Program-made: the position numbers and the translations under genes
The notes under the pieces: generated by a model
Told to the model about the DNA's origin: nothing
The model's input: the letters and a program-made list of their open reading frames with translations, nothing else
The model's database searches: none
Source: Nemertoderma westbladi
Taxonomy: Eukaryota > Animalia > Xenacoelomorpha
Direction: 5' to 3'
Assembly (NCBI GenBank): GCA_032718475.1
Contig: JAUCBJ010006300.1
Span: 1-63,049, forward strand
DNA: 63,049 nucleotides
Part shown: piece by piece, positions 49,801-62,400 of the stretch
Position numbering within the stretch: the first letter of the stretch is position 1
Layout of the letters: every line of letters begins with the position of its first letter

Positions 49801-52800
49801 TCAAAGTAAGTGGCCGGTCGGGTGTGGACTGGTGGGAAGTCTTCTACATCAAAGTAAGTGTCTGGCCGGACTGGTGGGAAGTCTTCTACATCAAAGTAAG
49901 TGTCTGGCCGGACTGGTGGGAAGTCTACTACATCAAAGTAAGTGTCTGGCCGGACTGGTGGGAAGTCTTCTACATCAAAGTAAGTGGCCGGTCGGGTGTG
50001 GACTGGTGGGAAGTCTTCCACATCAAAGTAAGTGTCTGGCCGGTCGGGTGTGGACTGGTGGGAAGTCTTCTACATCAAAGTAAGTGTCTGGCCGGTCGGG
50101 TGGGAAGTCTTCTACATCAAAGTAAGTGTCTGGCCGGTCGGGTGTGGACTGTGGGAAGTCTTCTACATCAAAGTAAGTGTCTGGCCGGTCGGGTGTGGAC
50201 TGGTGGGAGGTCTTCTACATCAAAGTAAGTGTCTGGCCGGTCGGGTGTGGACTGGTGGGAGGTCTTCTACATCAAAGTAAGTGTCTGGCCGGACTGGTGG
50301 GAAGTCTTCTACATCAAAGTAAGTATCTGGCCGGTCGGGTGTGGACTGGTGGGAAGTCTTCTACATCAAAGTAAGTGTCTGGCCGGACTGGTGGGAAGTC
50401 TTCTACATCAAAGTAAGTGTCTGGCCGGCCGGGTGTGGACTTGTGGGAAGTCTTCTACATCAAAGTAAGTGTCTGGCCGGCCGGGTGTGGACTGGTGGGA
50501 AGTCTTCTACATCAAAGTAAGTGTCTGGCCGGCCGGGTGTGGACTTGTGGGAAGTCTTCTACATCAAAGTAAGTTTCTGGCCGGACTGGTGGGAAGCCTT
50601 CTACATCAAAGTAAGTGTCTGGCCGGACTGGTGGGAAGTCTTCTACATCAAAGTAAGTGTCTGGCCGGTCGGGTGTGGACTGGTGGGAAGTCTTCTACAT
50701 CAAAGTAAGTGTCTGGCCGGCCGGGTGTGGACTTGTGGGAAGTCTTCTACATCAAAGTAAGTGTCTGTCCGGCCGGGTGTGGACTTGTGGGAAGTCTTCT
50801 ACATCAAAGTAAGTGTCTGGCCGGCCGGGTGTGGACTTGTGGGAAGTCTTCTACATCAAAGTAAGTGTCTGGCCGGCCGAGTGTGGACTTGTGGGAAGTC
50901 TTCTACATCAAAGTAAGTGTCTGGCCGGCCGGGTGTGGACTTGTGGGAAGTCTTATACATCAAAGTAAGTGTCTGTCCGGCCGGGTGTGGACTTGTGGGA
51001 AGTCTTCTACATCAAAGTAAGTGTCTTGCCGGTCGGGTGTGGCCGGGTGGGAGTCTTCTACATCAAAGTAAGTGTCTGGCCGTACTTGTGGGAAGTCTTC
51101 TACATCAAAGTAAGTGTCTGGCCGGCCGGGTGTGGACTTGTGGGAAGTCTTCTACATCAAAGTACGTGTCTGGCCGGCCGGGTGTGGACTTGTGGGAAGT
51201 CTTCTACATCAAAGTAAGTGTCTGGCCGGCCGGGTGTGGACTTGTGGGAAGTCTTCTACATCAAAGTAAGTGTCTGGCCGGCCGGGTGTGGACTTGTGGG
51301 AAGTCTTCTACATCAAAGTAAGTGTCTGGCCGGCCGGGTGTGGACTTGTGGGAAGTCTTCTACATCAAAGTAAGTGTCTGGCCGGCCGGGTGTGGACTTG
51401 TGGGAAGTCTTCTACATCAAAGTAAGTGTCTGGCTGGTTGGGTGTGGACTGGTGGGAAGGCTTCTACATCAAAGTAAGTGTCTGGCCGGCCGAGTGTGGA
51501 CTTGTGGAAGTCTTCTACATCAAAGTAAGTGTCTGGCCGGCCGGGTGTGGACTTGTGGGAAGTCTTCTACATCAAAGTAAGTGTCTGTCCGGCCGGGTGT
51601 GGACTTGTGGGAAGTCTTCTACATCAAAGTAAGTGTCCGGCCGGTCGGGTACGGGTATGGACTGGTGGGAAGTCTTCTACATCAAAGTAAGTGTCCGGCC
51701 GGTCGGGTGTGGACTGGTGGGAAGTCTTCTACATCAAAGTAAGTATCTGGCCGGACTGGTGGGAGTCTTCTACATCAAACAAAGTAAGTGTCTGGCCGGT
51801 CAGGTGTGGCCGGGTGGGAGTCTTCTACATCAAAGTAAGTGTCTGGCCGTACTTGTGGGAAGTCTTCTACATCAAAGTAAGTGTCTGGCCGGCCGGGTGT
51901 GGACTTGTGGGAAGTCTTCTACATCAAAGTACGTGTCTGGCCGGTCGGGTGTGGACTGGTGGGAGGTCTTCTACATCAAAGTAAGTGTCTGGCCGGACTG
52001 GTGGGAAGTCTTCTACATCAAAGTAAGTATCTGGCCGGTCGGGTGTGGACTGGTGGGAAGTCTTCTACATCAAAGTAAGTGTCTGGCCGGACTGGTGGGA
52101 AGTCTTCTACATCAAAGTAAGTGTCTGGCCGGCCGGGTGTGGACTTGTGGGAAGTCTTCTACATCAAAGTAAGTGTCTGGCCGGCCGGGTGTGGACTGGT
52201 GGGAAGTCTTCTACATCAAAGTAAGTGTCTGGCCGGCCGGGTGTGGACTTGTGGGAAGTCTTCTACATCAAAGTAAGTTTCTGGCCGGACTGGTGGGAAG
52301 CCTTCTACATCAAAGTAAGTGTCTGGCCGGACTGGTGGGAAGTCTTCTACATCAAAGTAAGTGTCTGGCCGGTCGGGTGTGGACTGGTGGGAAGTCTTCT
52401 ACATCAAAGTAAGTGTCTGGCCGGCCGGGTGTGGACTTGTGGGAAGTCTTCTACATCAAAGTAAGTGTCTGTCCGGCCGGGTGTGGACTTGTGGGAAGTC
52501 TTCTACATCAAAGTAAGTGTCTGGCCGGCCGGGTGTGGACTTGTGGGAAGTCTTCTACATCAAAGTAAGTGTCTGGCCGGCCGAGTGTGGACTTGTGGGA
52601 AGTCTTCTACATCAAAGTAAGTGTCTGGCCGGCCGGGTGTGGACTTGTGGGAAGTCTTATACATCAAAGTAAGTGTCTGTCCGGCCGGGTGTGGACTTGT
52701 GGGAAGTCTTCTACATCAAAGTAAGTGTCTTGCCGGTCGGGTGTGGCCGGGTGGGAGTCTTCTACATCAAAGTAAGTGTCTGGCCGTACTTGTGGGAAGT

Positions 52801-55800
52801 CTTCTACATCAAAGTAAGTGTCTGGCCGGCCGGGTGTGGACTTGTGGGAAGTCTTCTACATCAAAGTACGTGTCTGGCCGGCCGGGTGTGGACTTGTGGG
52901 AAGTCTTCTACATCAAAGTAAGTGTCTGGCCGGCCGGGTGTGGACTTGTGGGAAGTCTTCTACATCAAAGTAAGTGTCTGGCCGGCCGGGTGTGGACTTG
53001 TGGGAAGTCTTCTACATCAAAGTAAGTGTCTGGCCGGCCGGGTGTGGACTTGTGGGAAGTCTTCTACATCAAAGTAAGTGTCTGGCCGGCCGGGTGTGGA
53101 CTTGTGGGAAGTCTTCTACATCAAAGTAAGTGTCTGGCTGGTTGGGTGTGGACTGGTGGGAAGGCTTCTACATCAAAGTAAGTGTCTGGCCGGCCGAGTG
53201 TGGACTTGTGGAAGTCTTCTACATCAAAGTAAGTGTCTGGCCGGCCGGGTGTGGACTTGTGGGAAGTCTTCTACATCAAAGTAAGTGTCTGTCCGGCCGG
53301 GTGTGGACTTGTGGGAAGTCTTCTACATCAAAGTAAGTGTCCGGCCGGTCGGGTACGGGTATGGACTGGTGGGAAGTCTTCTACATCAAAGTAAGTGTCC
53401 GGCCGGTCGGGTGTGGACTGGTGGGAAGTCTTCTACATCAAAGTAAGTATCTGGCCGGACTGGTGGGAGTCTTCTACATCAAACAAAGTAAGTGTCTGGC
53501 CGGTCAGGTGTGGCCGGGTGGGAGTCTTCTACATCAAAGTAAGTGTCTGGCCGTACTTGTGGGAAGTCTTCTACATCAAAGTAAGTGTCTGGCCGGCCGG
53601 GTGTGGACTTGTGGGAAGTCTTCTACATCAAAGTACGTGTCTGGCCGGCCGGGTGTGGACTTGTGGGAAGTCTTCTACATCAAAGTAAGTGTCTGGCCAG
53701 CCGGGTGTGGACTTGTGGGAAGTCTTCTACATCAAAGTAAGTGTCTGGCTGGTTGGGTGTGGACTGGTGGGAAGGCTTCTACATCAAAGTAAGTGTCTGG
53801 CCGGTCGGGTGTGGCCGGGTGGGAGTCTTCTACATCAAAGTAAGTGTCTGGCCGTACTTGTGGGAAGTCTTCTACATCAAAGTAAGTGTCTGGCCGGACT
53901 GGTGTGGACTTGTGGGAAGTCTTCTACATCAAAGTAAGTGTCTGGCCGGCCGGGTGTGGACTTGTGGGAAGTCTTCCACATCAAAGTAAGTATCTGGCCG
54001 AACTGGTGGGAGTCTTCTACATCAAACAAAGTAAGTGTCTGGCCGGTCGGGTGTGGACTGGTGGGAAGTCTTCCACATCAAAGTAAGTGTCTGGCCGTAC
54101 TGGTGGGAAGTCTTCTACATCAAAGTAAGTGTCTGGCCGGTCGGGTGTGGACTGGTGGGAAGTCTTCTACATCAAAGTAAGTGTCTGGCTGGTCGGGTGT
54201 GGACTGGTGGGAAGTCTTCTACATCAAAGTAAGTGTCTGGCCGGTCGGGTGTGGACTGGTGGGAAGTCTTCTACATCAAAGTAAGTGTCTGGCCGGTCGG
54301 GTGGGAAGTCTTCTACATCAAAGTAAGTGTCTGGCCGGACTGGTGGGAAGTCTTCTACATCAAAGTAAGTGTCTGGCCGGTCGGGTGGGAAGTCTTCTAC
54401 ATCAAAGTAAGTGTCTGGCCGGACTGGTGGGAAGTCTTCTACATCAAAGTAAGTGGCCGGTCGGGTGTGGACTTGTGGGAAGTCTTCTATATCAAAGTAA
54501 GTGTCTGGCCGGTCGGGTGGGAAGTCTTCTACATCAAAGTAAGTGTCTGGCCGGTCGGGTGGGAAGTCTTCTACATCAAAGTAAGTGTCTGGCCGGACTG
54601 GTGGGAAGTCTTCTACATCAAAGTAAGTGGCCGGTCGGGTGTGGACTTGTGGGAAGTCTTCTATATCAAAGTAAGTGTCTGGACGGTCGGGTGGGAAGTC
54701 TTCTACATCAAAGTAAGTGTCTGGCCGGACTGGTGGGAAGTCTTCTACAACAAACAAAGTAAGTGTCTGGCCGGTCGGGTGTGGACTGGTGGGAAGTCTT
54801 CCACATCAAAGTAAGTGTCTGGTCGGTCGGGTGGGAAGTCTTTTACATCAAAGTAAGTGTCTGGCCGGTCGGGTGTGGACTTGTGGGAAGTGTTCTACAT
54901 CAAAGTAAGTGTCTGACGGACTGGTGGGAAGTCTTCTACAACAAACAAAGTAAGTGTCTGGCCGGTCGGGTATGGACTGGTGGGAAGTCTTCCACATCAA
55001 AGTAAGTGTCTGGTCGGTCGGGTGTAGAGTTGTGGGAAGTCTTCTACATCAAAGTAAGTGTCTGGCTGGTCGGGTGTGGACTGGTGGGAAGTCTTCTACA
55101 TCAAAGTAAGTGTCTGGCCGGTCGGGTGTGGACTGGTGGGAAGTCTTCTACATCAAAGTAAGTGTCTGGCCGGTCGGGTGGGAAGTCTTCTACATCAAAG
55201 TAAGTGTCTGGCCGGACTGGTGGGAAGTCTTCTACAACAAACAAAGTAAGTGTCTGGCCGGTCGGGTGTGGACTGGTGGGAAGTCTTCCACATCAAAGTA
55301 AGTGTCTGGTCGGTCGGGTGTGGACTTGTGGGAAGTCTTCTACATCAAAGTAAGTGTCTGGCCGGCCGGGTGGGAAGTCTTTTACATCAAAGTAAGTGTC
55401 TGGCCGGTCGGGTGTGCACTTGTGGGAAGTCTTCTACATCAAAGTAAGTGTCTGGCCGGACTGGTGGGAAGTCTTCTACAACAAACAAAGTAAGTGTCTG
55501 GCCGGTCGGGTGTGGACTGGTGGGAAGTCTTCCACATCAAAGTAAGTGTCTGGTCGGTCGGGTGTGGACTTGTGGGAAGTCTTCTACATCAAAGTAAGTG
55601 TCTGGCCGGCCGGGTGTGGTCTTGTGGGAAGTCTTCTACATCAAAGTAAGTGTCTGGTCGGACTGGTGGGAAGTCTACTACATCAAAGTAAGTGTCTGGC
55701 CGTACTGGTGGGAAGTCTTCTACATCAAAGTAAGTGTCTGGCCGGTCGGGTGTGGACTGGTGGGAAGTCTTCTACATCAAAGTAAGTGTCTGGCCGGTCG

Positions 55801-58800
55801 GGTGGGAAGTCTTCCACATCAAAGTAAGTGTCTGGTCGGTCGGGTGTAGAGTTGTGGGAAGTCTTCTACATCAAAGTAAGTGTCTGGCTGGTCGGGTGTG
55901 GACTGGTGGGAAGTCTTCTACATCAAAGTAAGTGTCTGGCCGGTCGGGTGTGGACTGGTGGGAAGTCTTCTACATCAAAGTAAGTGTCTGGCCGGTCGGG
56001 TGGGAAGTCTTCTACATCAAAGTAAGTGTCTGGCCGGACTGGTGGGAAGTCTTCTACAACAAACAAAGTAAGTGTCTGGCCGGTCGGGTGTGGACTGGTG
56101 GGAAGTCTTCCACATCAAAGTAAGTGTCTGGTCGGTCGGGTGTGGACTTGTGGGAAGTCTTCTACATCAAAGTAAGTGTCTGGCCGGCCGGGTGGGAAGT
56201 CTTTTACATCAAAGTAAGTGTCTGGCCGGTCGGGTGTGCACTTGTGGGAAGTCTTCTACATCAAAGTAAGTGTCTGGCCGGACTGGTGGGAAGTCTTCTA
56301 CAACAAACAAAGTAAGTGTCTGGCCGGTCGGGTGTGGACTGGTGGGAAGTCTTCCACATCAAAGTAAGTGTCTGGTCGGTCGGGTGTGGACTTGTGGGAA
56401 GTCTTCTACATCAAAGTAAGTGTCTGGCCGGCCGGGTGTGGTCTTGTGGGAAGTCTTCTACATCAAAGTAAGTGTCTGGTCGGACTGGTGGGAAGTCTAC
56501 TACATCAAAGTAAGTGTCTGGCCGTACTGGTGGGAAGTCTTCTACATCAAAGTAAGTGTCTGGCCGGTCGGGTGTGGACTGGTGGGAAGTCTTCTACATC
56601 AAAGTAAGTGTCTGGCCGGTCGGGTGGGAAGTCTTCTACATCAAAGTAAGTGTCTGGCCGGACTGGTGGGAAGTCTTCTACAACAAACAAAGTAAGTGTC
56701 TGGCCGGTCGGGTGTGGACTGGTGGGAAGTCTTCCACATCAAAGTAAGTGTCTGGTCGGTCGGGTGTGGACTTGTGGGAAGTCTTCTACATCAAAGTAAT
56801 TGTCTGGCCGGCCGGGTGTGGACTGGTGGGAAGTCTTCTACATCAAAGTAAGTGTCTGACCGGTCGGGTGTTGACTGGTGCGAAGTCTTCTACATCAAAG
56901 TAAGTGTCTGGCCGGACTGGTGGAAAGTCTTCTACATCAAAGTAAGTGTCTGGCCGGACTGGTGGGAAGTCTTTACATCAAAGTAAGTGTCTGACCGGTC
57001 GGGTGTTGACTGGTGGGAAGTCTTCTACATCAAAGTAAGTGTCTGGCCGGACTGGTGGGAAGTCTTCTACATCAAAGTAAGTGGCCGGTCGGGTGTGGAC
57101 TGGTGGGAAGTCTTCTACATCAAAGTAAATTTCTGGCCGGACTGGTGGGAAGTCTTCTACATCAATGTAAGTGGCCGGTCGGGTGTGGACTGGTGGGAAG
57201 TCTTCTACATCAAAGTAAGTTTCCAGGGCCATGGATGGCGACGATATTGTTGTACTGTAGTTGAGGAGATTAAAAAGAACTGGGTTATCAATGATTTTTA
57301 TATATCTAGGTTAGTATGATGGCCCTCCGCGCAGACAGTTTGGCGGCCTCCCATCCACTACACCGCCCAGTGGCCAGCTCCACAGAGATTCCATCCGTAT
57401 TCGATGCCATATCCTACCAGAAGGGGGCGTCTCTAATCCACATGGTTTCTAAAGTAATAATCGGCGAGGATTCCTTCCGCACGGGGTTGACTGCTTATCT
57501 AAAAGATTACGCTTTTAGTAACGCAGCTTCGCGCGACTTATGGGACGCTTTAAGCGCAGCGAGCGGGGTCAACGTCGCAACCATAATGGAAACATGGACC
57601 AATCAGAAAGGCTACCCGCTAGTTACCATAACAACGAATAATAACAAAGTTGTATTCACTCAAAGAAGGTTTCTTTCCGACAGGTCTGCTTCGGATGATC
57701 AATCTTCCGACTTCTGGTTCATTCCGATAACTTATCTAACAGATTCCGGAGAATTAGGAAAAATTTGGTTAAACAAAACTGAAAGTGTCTCGATGGAGTT
57801 GAATTCGAAGTTTAATTGGTTGAAAATTAACGTGAACGCGGCTTCATTTTACCGCGCTAATTATCCAATAGGAGTGTGGCGCCAGCTTACTGCGCTCCTA
57901 TTGGCTGACCCGACGTCGTTCTCACCAACAGACCGGGCCTCCCTATTGGACGACGCTTTCGCTCTCATGAAGGCCGATCTCCTGGATGACGTCATTGTGA
58001 TGGATTTGTTGACGTACCTTCGGGCGGAAGTCCATTTCCTTCCGTTGAACTGCGGCTTAGCCGCTCTGGAGTGGATGGGTCGGTTGCTAAGGGATACCGT
58101 CTACTACCCACAGTACCGAGGTGCGTAAAACATTGTTTGAGAAATTATATAATATTTTATTTTTATAATTATTTTTTGCTTATATATAACTGCCATAAAT
58201 GTAACTTTAATGAAAAGGTGAAAATTTTAACCTTTAAATAAATTATTTGTTTTTTTATGGCCTGCTTTACTTGAAGCCTAAGTGAAGTATATCAGACTTG
58301 TGAATAATAACAGGTTTTCACTAAAACTCAGTTTACAGAAGGGCTGAATGTATTTATGTAACCAAAACAATAAACTAATTAGTATATGATGTACAGGTTA
58401 TAAGTTTGAAATAAGCGCTATAAAACATCTAGTATAATTTTAATTAATTATTTTATAACTATTTTATTATTTTATTATTATATTTATTTTATAATTATTT
58501 TAATTAATTAATTAATTCTAATTTGATTTTAATTAAATTTTAAAAAAATACAAATTCTTCATATAAAATTGCAATAACATTTTGACTGAAAGTGAAAACA
58601 AAAAGTGAAAATACAGTGACGGCACAGCTCATTGCGATGCCTCGAAAAGGGTTTATTTAAATAAGGAAAGATAAAAAATTAAAATGTTATTTTTTAGGCT
58701 TCGTATTAGATCTACTAACCCCGAGTTACGATAACTCTGGATGGCCGAAACCGAAGGAGGACGTTTCGTCTAGTCTACAAGAAGTTTACAGTCGAACCGC

Positions 58801-59473
58801 CGTTCTCGAGATATTGTGCGGCCTCGACCACGCGCCGTGCGTTACTGAGGCAACCAGTTTATTCAACGACTACATTAAAGGCGCGCCCGGTATACCCCCC
58901 GACCTCCTGTCTGTAGTGTTACAAGTCGGGGTGGCCCAGAACGGCGACCAACAATTCCAGTGTTTATGGTCCAAATACGCGGACACAACGAACAGTTTAG
59001 TAGCGAGCGAGCGATACGCCTTGCTCAAAGCGTTGACCTACACGAGGCAGCCCTGGTTACTGCGGCGGTTGCTAGGGGCAACGTTGGACGGGTCTATAAA
59101 GTCGCAGGATGTGGGTCACGTGATTGGTTGGTGCGCCGCGAACCCACTGGGGCGGGAATTAACTTGGCGGTTTGTCCAAGAAAACTGGAAGAATTTAACG
59201 ACAACTTATAAATCCTCGGTGTTTATTTTATCCTCCTTTACTTCCTACGTTATTTCCCAATATAATTCCCGCGTTGATTTGAATTATTTCCGGAAGTTTG
59301 TGGAGGAGAAATCTGCCGACCTAGAAGGGGCCATGTCGTCTGTGAGACAGGCGTTAGAGATACTGGAGGGGAACGCTCATTGGTTGGAGCACCACAGCGG
59401 GAAGGTCGGTGATTGGTTGGTTGATAAATACAGTGAGGCTACCAAACCATCAGATATATGCTCCGGTGTATAA
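31409..59473 (+). CDS. M1 family membrane zinc aminopeptidase (aminopeptidase N/A/IRAP-like), join(31409..32299,46376..46754,47113..47239,47992..48124,57310..58120,58698..59473), about 1038 aa
   Basis: All five introns are GT-AG and the phases are compatible (3117 nt in total). TM anchor; RLP..P.HY; [21 protein letters not shown]; MSTYLVA; YPLPKQD; GAMENWGL; [22 protein letters not shown]; [11 protein letters not shown]; WTNQKGYP; ERAP1-like C-terminal domain. Confidence 0.93.
33905..35181 (+). repeat. 5' LTR of copy C (1277 bp)
   Basis: TGTAAAAG...GCGCGTACA, homologous to LTRs A and B. Confidence 0.92.
35182..35192 (+). other. Non-tRNA primer-binding site candidate ATAACAGTCAT, complementary to LTR 34406-34416
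   Basis: Exact reverse complement of ATGACTGTTAT, a compensated variant of the copy B pair. Confidence 0.6.
37378..42092 (+). pseudogene. gag: BEL/Pao gag-protease polyprotein of copy C with one 1-nt deletion frameshift at about 39795; RT and integrase deleted
   Basis: Collinear with 15332-20374, with the same Zn knuckles, [16 protein letters not shown] and RPASRLCL motifs. Confidence 0.92.
43719..44294 (+). CDS. Orphan 3' ORF of copy C (191 aa; C-terminus probably truncated by the rearrangement)
   Basis: About 148 aa are conserved with copy B ([45 protein letters not shown]). No recognisable domain. Confidence 0.6.
   Translation: MTELIEDDLGIKERYTLPLQAFVDSLIRGEADPTITEDDGRYIEPPMSQEQLARELDYRKFTTRYTNRNGTYLDFLTTGHPIDLHDTDDVDTEREMVLFKYHTQRSRNDKPRIDHENSIRNRLERENVEEPDKRIDFNEYLEFLRETYLNVASQQNLETRYPQGIHHDPVVELKRLYFTMIYFYFIYFIYF
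46376..46754 (+). CDS. Aminopeptidase exon 2
   Basis: tttacag|GCA AGT TTC ... VPNFEA G|gttagt. Confidence 0.9.
47113..47239 (+). CDS. Aminopeptidase exon 3 (GAMEN, HELAH)
   Basis: gtag|GT GCG ATG GAG AAT TGG ... CAT CAG TG|gtaagt. Confidence 0.93.
47992..48124 (+). CDS. Aminopeptidase exon 4 (third zinc ligand, NEGFA)
   Basis: ttag|G TTC GGT AAC ... TAC ATC AAA|gtaagt. Confidence 0.9.
48081..57220 (+). repeat. About 9.1-kb minisatellite (42/48/52-bp variants) derived from the exon 4 end plus its 5' splice site
   Basis: Consensus GTCTGGCCGGTCGGGTGTGGACTGGTGGGAAGTCTTCTACATCAAAGTAAGT. Roughly 180-190 units estimated from length, with 1704-bp and 822-bp higher-order duplications. Confidence 0.97.
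57310..58120 (+). CDS. Aminopeptidase exon 5
   Basis: ctag|GTT AGT ATG ATG ([16 protein letters not shown]) ... CGA G|gtgcgt. Confidence 0.9.
58698..59473 (+). CDS. Aminopeptidase exon 6 (terminal)
   Basis: tttttag|GC TTC GTA is in frame with the 58814 ORF. TAA at 59471-59473. Confidence 0.9.
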
Positions 59474-61444
59474 TAATTAGTGGGATTTTAAACGTTTTCT
59501 AATTAATTAATTAATTAAGAATTGCTTGTGAATTCTATGCTATAGAAAGTCCCTGTGAATGTGTAGAAAATGACTGTAGAAATTTATTTAACTTAGTGAA
59601 GTAAAGCACTGGGGCTAAATTTGGCCGTATTTCTTTCCATCACTCAATCCTATACTGACGACTGACCATTATTATTGTTATCTGTAAAGATTATTTAATG
59701 AGAAGGGGGGGGGCAAATACATATGGGCGATTTTATATTTCGTCTCAACACTAAATTAAGTATATCCGTTAATTGATACCAAAATGAATTCCATTCCAAG
59801 GTATTTATTTACCCGCAATTGTATTTTGCAGTTTCATTTCAAGATACATTTTTAGGATAACATTAATTATTTCGGACCAAAAAATATTTCATGAGATTGC
59901 TAGACAGACCGGTATGGAACTGGTAGGGGGAGACTCAACAATTACCTGAGTTCGCCATTTCCTGACCAGTATAACGCAACTGTGTAGTCTACTAACAATG
60001 ACTTTGCTTTTATATCCGTACTGGTCCCATTACAGATGTACTCATATCACTAGAGTGTGCTTGTGTCCATCCATGTCAGTTGTTCACTGTTAGTTAGTTA
60101 AGTGTACTTGTTACACTGTATAGAGTTCAACCATAGTTGTTGTACTAGTGCATCAGTAGTGTTATTATTATTAATATGTTAATAAATTTATTCGCAAATA
60201 AATATATTATGTATAACTGTGTAAGTCTGATGTGTAGGACATTATTCGGCGGGATACTTTAGTTTCAGTTATCGTCACACCCTGGTACATGTAGACTACC
60301 AATTACTTTCACTTTCAGGTTTAGTAGCATATTGTACCGGTACCAGAAAGCTGCAACATTAAATCTAACTGTCTCCAGCAATCAACTAGAGAACCACTAT
60401 AATCAGCAACTACTGTATGACAGGAGAGAGTAATTAAATTTAATGTTCAACATTAAATTTTCAAGAGTTAAATACTTTCTTTCTTTTAGTTAAATATATT
60501 CATTTTCTATAATAAAATTGTACTTAATGGTCGTAATCTAATAAAGTGTTAAAATTATTATTTTATTGATTATTAATTATTGTGAAACCAACTTTAATTA
60601 ACATAATTTAACTACTTAATAATATTGATGTGCAATTTTGGTAAATAAATCCCATTTTATTATTTGCTGCAAGAAATTTATTACATTTACATGATACACG
60701 TAATTTAATATTTATACATACCACGTTGGTGTTTTTTTTCATGAGCGCGGGGCCGAAGGCTTGAATTCTCCAGGGGGGCATATCCATGCATTATTACGCC
60801 ACTGACATATAATAGGCCTAACTGTAAAATATTCATCAAATTTAATAAACTTAATCTTTTATATTTTCATGATCCAACTATAAGTTGTCACTTGTGACGA
60901 TTTAGAAATCGCGGGTTGCTTGATGTCACAAGTCAGCCCTGAAATGAATAATGTGTGCTGATGGGTCAGGGGATGCTCTGATTGGACAATAATGGACTTC
61001 GACCAAACTCGACTCTAAAACGAAATATTTCAATTCTCGCTAAGACGGACCTTCGCACATTAAGATCGCATATTCCTTATTATTTATTATCACATTCCCT
61101 GCACAATAAACAAACTTAGAGTTACTCGGTTCGTAAAATAGTTACTAAAAGCGTTACTAAGCAATACCCGAGCGCACTGTAGTTTGTCAATGTTATTCAC
61201 TCTTATTCCATAAGAAGATAAAGCATTTATAAGATAAACACATACAGTAGATAATAATACAATAAATTACTGTAGCATACAATAATTAATAATATAAAAT
61301 AATATAATAATAATAATATTATAATACATATAATAATAAATAAGCATACAATAAATTAAAATTTAATTATAAATAGGGGATAAGACCGCCCTGGCTTTAA
61401 CGCTAATTCATGCATCATTTGAACGCTCATATCTCAGCTATTTT

Positions 61445-61887
61445 ACGACCAAATTCAGATTATGATACATATTTGGAATCCTTGCACGGCCCGCTGTCCT
61501 TCAATATCAACAAATCGCTATAAGGTTGAAGAATAACTGCGGTCAAAAATTATAGATTATTATAATTAATAATTAATAAAAAAATTAATACGAAATTATA
61601 GATAATGCCCACGCAATCCTCAAAGTGGCGCACAATACTGCTATAATACCGGTACCATTATTTTCTGATTACAGGCTTGTTTGGCTAGTGTCGCACTACG
61701 TACTAGCTTACTAGCACAGCACCTACACCTTGAAATCGCGCGATTGGCAAAATAAAATATCCTCTTTTGCCTTATTCAATTCAATTCAATAATTTTGATT
61801 TCCTAAATGATACGTACATACACATGGGCGCAGCCACGTTCCCAAAAGTGGGGGGGACGATAAAATAATTTTAGGCCCGGCATAACT

Positions 61888-61918
<31 letters not shown>

Positions 61919-62400
61919 AAAAATTTTTTTTTACAAATCTTAATGAGATTGCATGAAATTTGAAACAGAGTCAGTTTCACCTCCATCCTCCTTACTGGGT
62001 GAGCCTGACTGTCTTATTTTCGCTTTCATTCTTTAGCTACAAGCGGTTGAAAAAGGTGTTTAAAAGATAGAAATAAGCGCTATACAAGGAAAACTCTACA
62101 GTTGATTACAGCTCTACTGTAACCAATCCCGGGCCCCTCAAGCGGGCCTGCCCTCTGGCTGTGTGCCAGTCCTTTAGAAGAGTGTTGCCCTTGGCGCTAT
62201 ACAATACTTAATATTGAGAAGTTAAAAAAAATCAAAATTATTCAGATATACAATTACAATACAATTTAGACCGCAAAGTGAAAACCTGGTATTATTCACA
62301 TGGGCGTTTGAACCAATTACAACTCAATTATTCTTCAACCTTAAAGTGATTGGTTGGTGGAGAACGAAAGATCGCGATGATGGATTCCAAATATGTAATA
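61445..62400. repeat. Degenerate inverted repeat pair, probable old TIR element
   Basis: CATATTTGGAATCC and TAAGGTTGAAGAATAA (about 61468-61537) are inverted at about 62328-62395. Confidence 0.35.

Noticed and set aside
48081-57220. CRISPR array or repetitive Trp-rich protein gene
   Set aside because: There are no unique spacers or cas genes and the context is eukaryotic. The many ORFs are frame-rotating by-products of 42/48/52-bp units inside a GT-AG intron.
48125-57220. Recursive splicing sites or a Dscam-like exon cassette array
   Set aside because: Units read AAAGTAAGT, with AG overlapping GT rather than AG|GT. No clear acceptor precedes each exon-like piece.
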